Positions 1 through 10,057 of a stretch of 64,000 nt of DNA are shown here, one piece after another. The notes below the pieces were generated by a model. The model was not told the DNA's origin, made no database searches, and worked only from the letters and a program-made list of their open reading frames with translations. The stretch is from assembly GCA_038227875.1 (NCBI GenBank), contig JBBRPR010000002.1:160001-224000 (forward strand). Direction: 5' to 3'. The stretch is from Planctomycetota bacterium. Its GTDB lineage: Bacteria > Planctomycetota > SZUA-567 > H5-PLA8. Position 1 is the stretch's first letter; every line of letters begins with the position of its first letter. The position numbers and the translations under genes are program-made.

Positions 1-1
1 C

Positions 2-1321
2 CGGCGCATCCTGCAATCGTTCCGCGATACGGAGCTGGAACCCTACGCCCTGGCCGAAGAGGGCTCGCTGAGTTTCAGGACCGGCGAACGCCGCGTCGCC
101 ATTGAAATCTTCGAAGATCTGTTCCGTCGCTTTCCGGAGAGCAATGCCCGCCACATGGCGCTCCAATACGTCGGCCTGGCACGGAGTCGCGAACTCTGGT
201 TCGATGACACCCGCCGCTCCGACCTGGATTTGCGCGGCAGGTTTAACAAGCTGGCTCAGGACAGTTGCGTCCCGCCCTCGTATGCGCAGAGTCGCGCTGC
301 GATCGAGTGGGCGCGCGTCAACTGGCAGCTCGGCGCCTGGCCGGAGGCGCTTGAAAATCTGCTCCAATTTCAACGCCGCTTGTCGCCGAGCCAGTACGAC
401 GTCGCCGACTTCCGGCAGACGCTGTTTGTTTCCGCGTTGGCCAATGGTCGGGAAGATCTGCTTCCCGCCGACCCGTCCATCTCGCAGACCTGGTCGCTCG
501 ATTGGGCGCCGGATTGGTGCAGCGGGATTCTGCTTCATGCCGTGGTGCGCAAAGGCAATCCGGCCCAATTCATAGAGGAATACCTGGCCGCCGCGAAGGT
601 CTATCCGCAGATCGATCAGCTCCGCGATCTGCGCAAAGGCGTCGTCGCGCTCTACCTGGCGCAGAGCCGCGTGGCGGAGGCCGCGCAGTTCCTGAATACG
701 GAGATCTATCCCAAGTTCAATTTGTCGGCGCCCTTCGAAGATTATTTCTGGTGCTACTGGCTCGGCGGCGTCGTGGTGGAATCCGGCGACGCGGGCCTCT
801 TCAACGATTTCCAGAACGTGATGCGCCCGCTGCTCGCGCAGGCCGGCGCGCGATCGCCCATGGCCAGAGCGCTGTCGATTCTCGACGCGCGCTGGAACGT
901 TGAACACGGCGAGTTTGACGTCGCGGCCGCCGCGCTCGACGGCTGGGACGAGCCGGCCCTCGTGTTTCATTTCTCGGAAGGCCTGGTCCTTCAGGCGCTG
1001 CTGGCGTCGCTCAAGGTGCTGAAGGCGCCGTCACTGGACATGCTGAACGTCAGCTTGGATCACCGACTGGCGGGAGTTGAACTGGAACTGGCGGAAATTT
1101 TCCTGCGCCACAAGGAGCCATTGCCCAACGCGCGCTGGCCTCACGCCAGGTGGCGGCCGGAGTTCCGGGTCTGGCTGGCGCGCTGGCTGCTGGCCAACGG
1201 CAGACCCGACGCCGCTCGCGCCATCGCCGAACCGGCCGTGGATGCACGTTATGGCCTGACCCATTCGCAAGCTGCGCTCGCCGCCGTGCTGCAGGGCAAG
1301 GATAAGCTCGCCGTCGGCTGA
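2..1321 (+). CDS. Hypothetical alpha-helical (TPR-like) protein, 5' end lies outside the window
   Basis: The frame is open from base 2 (RRILQSFRDTELEPYALAEEG...AIEIFEDLFRRFPES) to the stop at 1321. Ala/Leu-rich helical repeat character. Confidence 0.7.
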   Translation, partial: RRILQSFRDTELEPYALAEEGSLSFRTGERRVAIEIFEDLFRRFPESNARHMALQYVGLARSRELWFDDTRRSDLDLRGRFNKLAQDSCVPPSYAQSRAAIEWARVNWQLGAWPEALENLLQFQRRLSPSQYDVADFRQTLFVSALANGREDLLPADPSISQTWSLDWAPDWCSGILLHAVVRKGNPAQFIEEYLAAAKVYPQIDQLRDLRKGVVALYLAQSRVAEAAQFLNTEIYPKFNLSAPFEDYFWCYWLGGVVVESGDAGLFNDFQNVMRPLLAQAGARSPMARALSILDARWNVEHGEFDVAAAALDGWDEPALVFHFSEGLVLQALLASLKVLKAPSLDMLNVSLDHRLAGVELELAEIFLRHKEPLPNARWPHARWRPEFRVWLARWLLANGRPDAARAIAEPAVDARYGLTHSQAALAAVLQGKDKLAVG

Positions 1322-1528
1322 CCTTTGTGCTCAAAGGCACAAAGGTTAGCCGCAAAATTCTTAATTAAAGCATTTACGTCACGCCCATATTTCCCGCCGC
1401 TGACCTATATGAAATTTGCCTGAGACACCTCGGCATAAATTTATCCGGTGGTTAAATTCGGACACTTGGAAGCGAATTTCGCTCCCAGGTCAAACGACAC
1501 ACTGCCATCGTGCAGTGCGGAGGTTTTC

Positions 1529-2518
1529 ATGTTGATCGCCGTGACCGGAGCTACCGGGAAAATTGGCCGCTGGCTGGTGCGCGAACTGCTCGACCGCGGT
1601 TACCGCGTCCGCGCGATGACCCGCGCCACGCGCGACGGACATTGGGGCAACACCGCCGCCGCCGTGGCCGAGCTGCGTGGCTGGGGCGCGGAGATCGCGG
1701 TCGCTGAATTCACCGATTACGATTCAATGGCCCGTTTTTGCGCCGGGACCGACGTGCTGATTCACAACGGTTATCATCACATCAACGAGGACGAATTCCC
1801 CGCCGAATGGACCGAGCTGAACATTCTCTCCTCGGTGAAGCTCTACGATGCGATGTGGAAAGCCGGCGGGCGTCAGATCATCTTCATCAGCTCCGGCGCC
1901 GTCTACGGCCGCGGCCCGCAGTACGAACGCGAGCGCTTTCCCGATTCCAAATTGCCCATCGACGAACGCACCATGACCGCCCCGCGCGGCATGTACGCCG
2001 CGTACAAAAGCTGCATCGAGAACGCGACTGTGGCCTTCAAAACCATTCATGGCATGCCTGCCTCGACGAGCATCCGGCCACTGGGCGATGGCATGGGCGA
2101 ACTGCTAGGCTTCCGGCGCTACGACGACAAGGGCGTCCTCGCGCGCGAGATCAAATCCGCGCTCTCCGGCGAACCGGTTACGTTGAACCTTCCGCCGCGC
2201 CTGATCTGCGTGGACGGCCGCGACATCGCCATCGGCTGCGATCTGATGATCCGCAAGGGACTGCAGGAAAACGCCGCGATCGGAGACTGGTACCTCGTCG
2301 GCAACACGCCCATCACGCCCGCGCAACTCGTCGAAACCGCGCAGGAGGTCTTCGGCAAACTGCCGCTGCGCGTGAACGTGATCGACCAGCCGTTCATCTG
2401 TTCCGACGCCGAAGCCATGCGCCTGGGTTACACGCCCCGCGGCTCGCAGGTGACGCTGAAGGAACATTTCCTCGAACTGGCTGATCGCCTGGGCGTCAAA
2501 GCCGGCTCCAAGCGCTAA
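1529..2518 (+). CDS. NAD-dependent epimerase/dehydratase (extended SDR)
   Basis: N-terminal MLIAVTGATGKIG Rossmann motif, FISSGAVYG and YAAYK (YxxxK). GGAGG lies upstream of the ATG at 1529. Confidence 0.85.
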   Translation: MLIAVTGATGKIGRWLVRELLDRGYRVRAMTRATRDGHWGNTAAAVAELRGWGAEIAVAEFTDYDSMARFCAGTDVLIHNGYHHINEDEFPAEWTELNILSSVKLYDAMWKAGGRQIIFISSGAVYGRGPQYERERFPDSKLPIDERTMTAPRGMYAAYKSCIENATVAFKTIHGMPASTSIRPLGDGMGELLGFRRYDDKGVLAREIKSALSGEPVTLNLPPRLICVDGRDIAIGCDLMIRKGLQENAAIGDWYLVGNTPITPAQLVETAQEVFGKLPLRVNVIDQPFICSDAEAMRLGYTPRGSQVTLKEHFLELADRLGVKAGSKR

Positions 2519-2763
2519 CTCGAATTCTTGCGAAGGCGTCTGCCGAAAGTGTGTGTCAGGGAGCAAGCAAACGGCCGCTAGCTCCGTGGCACACATACGT
2601 GATCACCTAATGCCACTCCTTTCTGCCGTCCCGCCCTCCTACCGTTTCCACATTCCCTTCAGTCCCACCTCTTCCCTGCCGATGCATATTGACGAGTACC
2701 AAAGCTGAGCTGGGGGGGAAGGCCGGTGGCTGCGCTTGCGGCTGCTGGAGAGGGTGCCCAGTC

Positions 2764-4221
2764 ATGCCTGTATTCAAGGACGATGAGCTTGCTTCCGAAA
2801 TTCTAAGCGGCAAACGAAGGAGCACGACCATGGAGAGCGCACCGGCCAATCCCGGTTCGAAACGCCTGGTGCTGTTCGCGTTGGTGGCGACCGCGTTTGC
2901 CGTGGGCGGATTCACGCTCTTCAAACACCGCAGCGGCATCCATCCGGCCTCCGCCGTCTCCACGTCGGCTGCGACTGAGTCTGCAAAGGCGGCAACCCAG
3001 CCTGCAGCACCAGCGCCCCAGAAAGCGGCGCTGCCCAGCGCGGAAGTGGTGACGCTGCCCGCGCCGGAAACTATCCAAGCGCCAGCCAAGCCCATGCCGT
3101 CACTTCCAGCCGCGGCCGCGCCAGTCAGCTCCAGCGAATTCGGCGCGAGCATCACCGCCGCCCGTGAGTTGCTGAAAGCGGGAAAGAACACCGAAGCGCT
3201 CGATCTCCTCCACACCAACGCCAAAGCCGCGCAGAACGCCACGGCCGACGAGAAGAGCGCCGCCGCCGTGATCGAAGGTCGCGTGCTGCTCGCTCAAAAC
3301 AAAGTTGCGGAAGCCAAAGCCAAATTTGAACCGCTGGCCTTCGCGCCGACGAATACGGAACTCGGCGCCGACGCGCTGCTGGGCAACCTGTGGTGCCAGG
3401 CCGGAGCCCTCAGCCGCTGCCGCGACAGCGAACTCGAACAAGTCCGCGGCGGGCCCGATTCGTGGGCCTCCGCCACTGCGTCGCTGGAAGGCGCACGCCG
3501 CGCCGAAGAAAAAGCCGGCACGAGTGTCGACGCGCTCGAAAAGGCCCGCGCGATGTACCAGCAGGCCTTCGAATCCGGGAAGCTCGACGGCGACGAAATG
3601 ACGCAATGCGTCGCGAAGATGACCGCGCTGGCCAACAAGCTGATTCTCGATCCGAAAGCCGCGTGCACGTCGCCCAAGGCCGTCTTTCATAAAGTTGAAG
3701 CCGGCGACAGCGTCGAGAAGATCGCGCGCAAGTACCATGTGAACACCGGCCAGATCAAGCGCATCAACAAGCTCAACGACAAGCTGATCGTGCGCCTGGG
3801 CCAGAACCTGAAGCTCGTCCCCGGCGAAGTCATCTACAAAGTCGACCGCACCAAGCTGACGGGCACGCTTTACATCGACGGCATCTTCATCCGCCAGTAT
3901 CCCGTCGGCATCGGCCCCGGCAATGCGACGCCGGTCGGCGCGTACACGATCGAAAATAAAGTGATGAATCCCGACTGGTGGTACGACGGCAAGAAAGTTC
4001 CGTTCGGCGATCCGTCCAACATTCTCGGCACGCGCTGGATGGGCTTCGCCAACACCAGCGACAACGGCAACGGCAACGGCGCAGGCCTGGGCGTCCACGG
4101 CACGGCGATTCCGTCGAGCGTCCCCGGCCGCGAAAGTAAAGGCTGCGTACGCATGCACAACGCCGATGTCGAAGAGCTCTACGACCTGATGCCTCAGGGC
4201 GGCAAGGTGGAGATTCAGTAG
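2764..4221 (+). CDS. Membrane-anchored L,D-transpeptidase (YkuD family) with LysM domain
   Basis: N-terminal TM, LysM (HKVEAGDSVEKIARKY) and the catalytic HGT...SKGCVRM motif. Confidence 0.9.
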   Translation: MPVFKDDELASEILSGKRRSTTMESAPANPGSKRLVLFALVATAFAVGGFTLFKHRSGIHPASAVSTSAATESAKAATQPAAPAPQKAALPSAEVVTLPAPETIQAPAKPMPSLPAAAAPVSSSEFGASITAARELLKAGKNTEALDLLHTNAKAAQNATADEKSAAAVIEGRVLLAQNKVAEAKAKFEPLAFAPTNTELGADALLGNLWCQAGALSRCRDSELEQVRGGPDSWASATASLEGARRAEEKAGTSVDALEKARAMYQQAFESGKLDGDEMTQCVAKMTALANKLILDPKAACTSPKAVFHKVEAGDSVEKIARKYHVNTGQIKRINKLNDKLIVRLGQNLKLVPGEVIYKVDRTKLTGTLYIDGIFIRQYPVGIGPGNATPVGAYTIENKVMNPDWWYDGKKVPFGDPSNILGTRWMGFANTSDNGNGNGAGLGVHGTAIPSSVPGRESKGCVRMHNADVEELYDLMPQGGKVEIQ

Positions 4222-4403
4222 AGCGCGCTGACGCGCGAGGGGTCAGGGGTCAGAGTTTGGTATGGGCGCGTGCGGGAGCACGCGCTCTGCCGTTGGGGCG
4301 AGTGAGCGTTAACGCTTTAGATAGGCAGTAGAGGACATCTTTGAGTGTTAGAGATCATTGAGGCACCTCAAACTTTCACTGATCCAGAGCGAGCGGTACT
4401 TGA

Positions 4404-5171
4404 TTGAGCATTCAGAGAAGAAAATCACCTTGGCTGAAGCGGCCCATCGGGTGGAAGCCATTCATCAAGAAGCTCAAGCCCAATGTGAAGTTCAACCCGC
4501 CGGCAAAGCTCAAACAAATTGTAGATGCAGAAAAGAAACTGGGCTTACGACTCCCTGCCGATTTGAACAATCTACTGCTGGAAAGTAACGGCATCGAGGA
4601 CTGGTTGCTTCCGGTCGAGGCGATTGTTGAAACCAATTTGGAGTACCGTACCGATCCGAATTACTGCGAAATCTACACGCCCTTGAATGGTCTTCTCTTC
4701 TTTCTTGCGGATGGTACTGGTAGCTACTTTGCTTATCCTATCTGCGGCAATGCCGCCGACACGCGACCTGAAATCTTATATTGGCTCCACGAGACGGATG
4801 AGCGCTCTTTTGCCGGAAACACGCTGGCACACGTCATCCAACGTTATTTGGGCGTTCCAATGAACTCGGTGAAGTGGCCGTCGCTGGAAACGCTCGCGCA
4901 TGTGTCCGGTCGGGTGGCGGTTCCTGCCGATATTAAAAATGGCTCGGCGGCCTTCGCGCTAAATCAAAGTGGTAAACCGACGGCAATTGAAATCGACGTT
5001 CCACAATATGCATTTCAGGTTGATTACATCACTGGCGAGCACATTCCGGTCATTCTGATTCAGGCGGAGAAGATTGGCGACAAGACATTCTTTGGCATTA
5101 GATACGTGAGAGATAACGCTGTTGGAATATGTCTGCGAAACGAATTGAGTTTGCGTGGCAACCAAACGTGA
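4404..5171 (+). CDS. SMI1/KNR4 (SUKH) family protein with extra C-terminal domain
   Basis: PPA..QIVDAEKKLGLRLPADL..LL.ESNG and ADGTGSYFAY...ILYW.HE are typical SMI1/KNR4 motifs. The DNA is more AT-rich than its neighbours. Start uncertain (TTG). Confidence 0.75.
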   Translation: MSIQRRKSPWLKRPIGWKPFIKKLKPNVKFNPPAKLKQIVDAEKKLGLRLPADLNNLLLESNGIEDWLLPVEAIVETNLEYRTDPNYCEIYTPLNGLLFFLADGTGSYFAYPICGNAADTRPEILYWLHETDERSFAGNTLAHVIQRYLGVPMNSVKWPSLETLAHVSGRVAVPADIKNGSAAFALNQSGKPTAIEIDVPQYAFQVDYITGEHIPVILIQAEKIGDKTFFGIRYVRDNAVGICLRNELSLRGNQT

Positions 5172-5323
5172 ACATTGATGCGGATTCCACACCGATTTCT
5201 CGGTTCGATGATCCTGACGGAATTGCCGTATTCGAAGGTGTTCAAAAGCATCGAGCAAGGTGCGTACAATCCAGCAATTCCAATGTTCTTCAAGAATTAA
5301 GACAGTATTACCCCCCGTCACCC

Positions 5324-5353
5324 TTGACGGAGCGAAAGAGGTTGGGGTAAACT
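5324..5353 (+). promoter_or_regulatory. Putative sigma-70-type promoter for the Phd/YefM-like gene
   Basis: TTGACG-N18-TAAACT about 85 nt upstream of the ATG at 5437. Confidence 0.4.
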
Positions 5354-5436
5354 ACCTTTGGTTTGCGTCGCAGTTCAGTCCGTTTTTCGTGGCTCATCAG
5401 ACGCAGTTTTTAAGTCCGCGTGTCGGGAGGTCTTTT

Positions 5437-5715
5437 ATGGCGTCAGGTCGCTTCGTGGGAACCGCTGAACTACAGCAGAATTCCACCACCTTGCTCGAAG
5501 ATATCATTACCTCTGGTGAGACCTGTTTTATCACCGAGAATGGAAGAGCCCGAGCCGTACTGATGGACATCCACCGCTACAACTGCCTGATGGACGTCAT
5601 CGAAGAAGCCGAATCCCTCAAACACCACCGCCCCGGCGACGAAACCAAGAAACACGTCAGCGTCCGCGCCATCCTGAACCGCTCGACCACGGGAAAGTTC
5701 AAGAAAGCCAAGTAG
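5437..5715 (+). CDS. Phd/YefM-family antitoxin-like protein (no adjacent toxin)
   Basis: VGTAELQQNSTTLLEDI...GE..FITENGRARAVLMD fits the Phd/YefM N-terminal pattern. GGGAGG RBS. Confidence 0.75.
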   Translation: MASGRFVGTAELQQNSTTLLEDIITSGETCFITENGRARAVLMDIHRYNCLMDVIEEAESLKHHRPGDETKKHVSVRAILNRSTTGKFKKAK

Positions 5716-5732
5716 GTCGGCGCCTCCACGGA

Positions 5733-6023
5733 TAGTTTTGAGTTTTGAATTATTAGTGTTGAATTACGTTCGCGCGCCAGAGCTATTCTTTTGGCGCGAG
5801 TGGTATGCCGGCTTCACGTAAGACATCATCAAATATTTTTTCTGGCGAGCGGTAGATCACAAAGTCCAGCGTGCGTCCATCGCGCGTGGCGTGAATTCCC
5901 AGCCTCGGTTCAAAACACAACGCAATACTCCCAGCACTCAGAAGTAGCACGAGTATAATTCGTCGACGCATAACACGCCCGCCGCAACATAACTCAAAAC
6001 TTAACACTCAAAACTCAAAACTA
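5733..6023. repeat. Inverted pair of GTTTTGA-type heptamer arrays (5733-5766 and 5990-6023) flanking the small ORF
   Basis: tagttttgagttttgaattattagtgttgaatta vs the reverse complement of the right arm, tagttttgagttttgagtgttaagttttgagtta; 28/34 identical. Confidence 0.8.
5783..5971 (-). CDS. Small hypothetical protein with signal/TM N-terminus
   Basis: MRRRIILVLLLSAGSIALC..., 62 aa, lying between two inverted heptamer arrays. Confidence 0.45.
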   Translation of the reverse strand: MRRRIILVLLLSAGSIALCFEPRLGIHATRDGRTLDFVIYRSPEKIFDDVLREAGIPLAPKE

Positions 6024-6043
6024 CCCACGCGAGACGCCGTCAC

Positions 6044-6071
6044 AAAAAAACTCGCCGCATTTCGCGGCGAG
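6044..6071 (-). terminator. Rho-independent terminator downstream of the dksA-like gene
   Basis: Minus strand reads ctcgccgc-gaaat-gcggcgag followed by T7. Confidence 0.8.
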
Positions 6072-6108
6072 CCTCTCCGTATTCGACATTCAGTTTTCGA
6101 CATTCGCC

Positions 6109-6735
6109 TCAGCCGTTGTCGCTGTCGTCCGTGCCTTCGGCCAGATCGTCGAGCTCGTCGCCGTCTTCGCGCTTGCGGATTTCGGCGAGTTCCTGGCACT
6201 TGATACACATCGTCACGTACGGCAGGAACAGCAGGCGGTCGGAACCGATGGCCTTGTTGCAGACTTCGCAGACGCCATAGGTGCCGTTGTCGACCTTCTC
6301 GATCGCACGTTCGATCTCGCTGGCTTCAACCGTTTCGCTTTCGGCAATGCGCAACGCCAAGTCGCCTTCGGCGGCGTCGGTGGCCATGTCGGACGTGTCG
6401 TTGATGTGCGCGGCGTCGCGGTCGCTGGCGCCGCGGACTTCATGCTCGATGTCTTTGCGCATGTCGGAGAGCATCTGTACGAGACGCCCGCGGATCTGCA
6501 GCATGTCTGCGCTCAAGTTTTTCGGCGGCCCCATCGGCCGCGGCTTGGTCTCTGAACTCGCGTCGTCAACCTCTCGGACCGGCTTGCTCGTTTTGACAAC
6601 TTTCGCGATTTTCGCGATCTTGGCGGGCTTGCTGGCTTTGGGTTCCGGGCGTTTCACCTTTGCGGGCGTGGATTTCTTGGCGGCGCGCTCGGGCTTGGAT
6701 CGCTTGGCCGCCTTCGTTTTCTTCACTTTTGCCAT
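6109..6735 (-). CDS. dksA: DksA/TraR C4-type zinc finger protein with Lys/Ala-rich N-terminal extension
   Basis: DTSDMATD coiled-coil tip, GTYGVCEVC...RL..LPYVTMCIKCQ. Confidence 0.85.
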   Translation of the reverse strand: MAKVKKTKAAKRSKPERAAKKSTPAKVKRPEPKASKPAKIAKIAKVVKTSKPVREVDDASSETKPRPMGPPKNLSADMLQIRGRLVQMLSDMRKDIEHEVRGASDRDAAHINDTSDMATDAAEGDLALRIAESETVEASEIERAIEKVDNGTYGVCEVCNKAIGSDRLLFLPYVTMCIKCQELAEIRKREDGDELDDLAEGTDDSDNG

Positions 6736-6933
6736 TGGCTCTCTACGCTCCCTATTGCACTACGTGCATGAACCCAAGCCGCTCGTTGCAACACCGTATG
6801 TAAAGGGCAGGGACGGTAATAGCTATGACGCTATTTGTCAAGTACGGTGATTTTTCAGGTATGCGCTTCGGTGGGTTCGCAGCGTTCCTGCCCTGACTGT
6901 TTCAGCGGATATAAAACACATTTGGGCGCGAAA

Positions 6934-9915
6934 TTATTTCTTCAGCGCGAAGTTTCCGATGCCTTTTTTAGCCGTGTACGTGGTCGAACCATCGCCGCCA
7001 AAAAGAGTGGCCGGCACAATCACGCTGACGTGCGCATTGAGCGCGGCCGGTGGCGATTGTGTGGCCGTCGCGCTGATTCCCTGTGCGGAAAACAGCGTGT
7101 TCCACGAACCCTTGCTCAAATTGGCCTGAAACACCACCGCGCCAGGCAGCAGGTCCATCTTATGCGTGGTTTTGTTGCGCTTGGTCTTGAGCTTCAATGC
7201 GAACATGCCGTTGGCTGATTTGCCGCGCCCTTTCGCATCCAGTGTGAAATGCACCCGCGCCGATCCCACCGTCAGCGTCAGGGCTGTGCCCAACGGCGTA
7301 AAGTTCGCCGGCAGCGCGGAGAGGGAGCCCTGCACGCGGATCGAATCGCTGTTGGCGCGCGTGAGATTCAATTTGCCCTTCAGCGATTTGATCGTGAGCG
7401 GCAGCACCGTCAGCACGGCGGCGGGATTGGTCGGGTCGAGCCCCGCGTCGATCTTGTCCTGATCGGTGATCCCGGATCCGTCGCCGGGTTGTGACGCTCC
7501 GCCAGGTTGCACGACCAGCGTCAACGTACCCGAACTGGCGTGCGCGAAAGTATCGGTGACCGTGACTGTCACCGCATACGTTCCCGCCGCCGAGTATGTG
7601 TGGCTCACCGCGCCGCTGGTGGTATCCGTGGCGCCGTCGCCAAAATTCCAATTCCACAAAAACGGTCCGGAGCCGCTGGCGACACACGCGAACTGCACGG
7701 CCTGACCCGCGACCGCCGGATTGGGCGTGGCCGTCGGCCCACTGCTCAAGACGGGAGCCGGCGCGGCCTTGAACGTCGCCGTCAGCGCCGTCGACGCGGC
7801 CGGCATGGTGATCACCGTGCTCGCCGACTGCGCGTTACCGACGCTCGCACCTGTCCACTGATCGAAGACCTGGCCGCTGGGCGGCGCGTTGGCCGAGATC
7901 GCGACCGATGTCCCCGCCGCGTAGCTGCCGCTGCCGGAGCCGCCGGTGACCGTCAGCGTGTACAGCACCGCCTTGTACGTGGCCGTGACGGTCACGTTCG
8001 ACGCCGGCATGGTGAGCGTTGTCGATGCCGACGTGGCGCTGGCGACTGTTGCTCCGGTCCACTGATCAAACACCTGGCCGGTCGGCGGCGCATTGGCCAC
8101 GATCGCGACCACGTTTCCTGCGCCAAACGAACCGCCGCCGGAGCCGCTGACGACCGTGAGCGTAAACGTCGGCCCGGCTTTGTAGGTCGCCGTCACCGTC
8201 GTGTTGGCGGCGGGCATGGTGATCGTGGTGGTCGTGGCATTGGCGTTGGCGACTGTTGCGCCGGTCCATTGATTGAAGACCTGCCCGGCCGGCGGCGCGT
8301 TGGCCGTAATCGTTACCACCGCTCCGGCGATGTACGTCCCACCGCCGCTGCCGCTGGTCACCGTGAGCGTGTACGTGTTCTGATACGTCGCGGTCACCGC
8401 GGTGTTGGCTGCGGGCATCGTGATCGTCGTCGTCGAGGCGTTTGCATTCGCGACCGTCGCACCGGTCCACTGCTTGAAGATCTGCCCAGCTGGTGCCGCA
8501 TTGGCGGTGATCGTCACCACTGCTCCGGCGATGTACGTCCCGCCGCCGCTGCCGCTGGTCACCGTCAGCGTGTACGTGTTCTGGTATGTCGCCGTCACCG
8601 TCGTGTTGGCCGCGGGCATCGTGATTGTCGTCGTCGAGGCGTTCGCATTCGCGACCGTCGCGCCGGTCCACTGCTTGAAGATCTGCCCGGCCGGTGCGGC
8701 GTTGGCGGTGATTGTCACCACTGTCCCGGCCGCGTAGGTGCCGCTGCCGGAACCGCTGGTGACGGTGAGCGTGAAGCTCGTCGTCGGTGTCTTGTACGTC
8801 GCCGTGACGCTGGAAGCCGCCGCGCCGGTGGTGATCGTCGTTACCGCGGAAAACGCGTTGGCAACGGTGGCGCCGGTCCACTGGTCGAACACTTTCCCGG
8901 CTGGCGGCGCGTTGGCGGTGATCTTGACCGGCGTGTTCGCAGGGTAGCCGCCGCTGCCCGCTCCATTATTCACGGTCAGAGCATAAGTGACCGGCGGCAC
9001 GAGCACTTCAAACGCCGTCCCGGGCACCGACTTCAGCTGATTGAGGTCGTTGTCGTCCCAGCGCGAATCCGACGTTCCGCTGATGTACCAGCCGCTGCCA
9101 CGGTCGGCGTTGATCATGCCGTAAGTTTTCAGCGCCTGCAGAATGATCCTCGACTGCCCGGTGTAGCCGGTAATATCGAAGCTCGCCTTCAACCGCAGCC
9201 GCGTGCCCATCGGCGGCGCGTTGGTGTTGGCCGATGCGCCTTTGTGCGTCGCGGGATACACATACGCCTGCTGCGTTTCCGGCACTGTGAAGCGCAGCGC
9301 GTGTGTGATCGCGCCGGTCGCGACTTCATCGTAGCGCACCAATCCGGGGAGAATCGGCAATCCGCCGGCATCGGCCGACGTCCATCCCGCCGGCCGCAGC
9401 GTGTTGGCGCTCATGTCCCAGATCGCGCCGCTGTCGCAATTCCACGCCGGATTCTGGTACGACGAATTGAACATCTCGTAGAGCAGCGCGTTGTCTTTAT
9501 CGAGCACGATCACGTGGCGGTCGCCGGTCCCGTTGACGCCACCCTCAATCGGCGCAGTCGGCGGCACGGGATACGGACCCGGATCGCTCTCCGCCGGATA
9601 CGCGACGAAGTTGATCGGGACCTTGGCCTGCGTTCCGGAGACGACGACGAACGGAATTCCATACAGCGGATTGGTGCCAAAGTCGGGGTGCAGATTTTTG
9701 TTGGTGCCCTGATTGATATTGGCGACGTACGTCGAGGTCAGCGCCGTGCTGACCGGATCGCCCGAGACATCGCGATTCCACGGATTTTCCGGCGGCAGAA
9801 TCGTACAGCCCGAAATCTGCACCGCCCACGCCGATGCCGGAGCGCTCAACGCCGCCAGCGTTGCGAGGACGAGCAGGCCGAAATGAGCGCGCCGTTCCAA
9901 CACCGATTTTCGCAT
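6934..9915 (-). CDS. Secreted multidomain protein: uncharacterised N-terminal domain, six InlB-B-repeat-like units, PKD domain, C-terminal beta domain
   Basis: Signal peptide (...APASA); six YTLTVxxGSGxGxY...QWTG...TITMPA..TVTATY units; PKD motif WNFGDG...SHTYSAAGTYAVTVTVTD. Confidence 0.85.
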   Translation of the reverse strand: MRKSVLERRAHFGLLVLATLAALSAPASAWAVQISGCTILPPENPWNRDVSGDPVSTALTSTYVANINQGTNKNLHPDFGTNPLYGIPFVVVSGTQAKVPINFVAYPAESDPGPYPVPPTAPIEGGVNGTGDRHVIVLDKDNALLYEMFNSSYQNPAWNCDSGAIWDMSANTLRPAGWTSADAGGLPILPGLVRYDEVATGAITHALRFTVPETQQAYVYPATHKGASANTNAPPMGTRLRLKASFDITGYTGQSRIILQALKTYGMINADRGSGWYISGTSDSRWDDNDLNQLKSVPGTAFEVLVPPVTYALTVNNGAGSGGYPANTPVKITANAPPAGKVFDQWTGATVANAFSAVTTITTGAAASSVTATYKTPTTSFTLTVTSGSGSGTYAAGTVVTITANAAPAGQIFKQWTGATVANANASTTTITMPAANTTVTATYQNTYTLTVTSGSGGGTYIAGAVVTITANAAPAGQIFKQWTGATVANANASTTTITMPAANTAVTATYQNTYTLTVTSGSGGGTYIAGAVVTITANAPPAGQVFNQWTGATVANANATTTTITMPAANTTVTATYKAGPTFTLTVVSGSGGGSFGAGNVVAIVANAPPTGQVFDQWTGATVASATSASTTLTMPASNVTVTATYKAVLYTLTVTGGSGSGSYAAGTSVAISANAPPSGQVFDQWTGASVGNAQSASTVITMPAASTALTATFKAAPAPVLSSGPTATPNPAVAGQAVQFACVASGSGPFLWNWNFGDGATDTTSGAVSHTYSAAGTYAVTVTVTDTFAHASSGTLTLVVQPGGASQPGDGSGITDQDKIDAGLDPTNPAAVLTVLPLTIKSLKGKLNLTRANSDSIRVQGSLSALPANFTPLGTALTLTVGSARVHFTLDAKGRGKSANGMFALKLKTKRNKTTHKMDLLPGAVVFQANLSKGSWNTLFSAQGISATATQSPPAALNAHVSVIVPATLFGGDGSTTYTAKKGIGNFALKK
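7765..8990 (-). repeat. Intragenic tandem repeat, 6 x ~200 bp (~67 aa)
   Basis: Six aligned units in the translation; units 2-4 are nearly identical at DNA level. Confidence 0.9.
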
Positions 9916-10057
9916 AAAGAGAGTGCCCCCGTTGCAGAGTATTGCGAATTTCACTGCGCAGGGGGACAACGAAAAACTTTACAGGCAAGAAATTCCGGTG
10001 CACGTGTGCAGGAGGGGCCTCGCCTTCTTGAAGAGAGATCGGTGAAACCAAGCGGCT

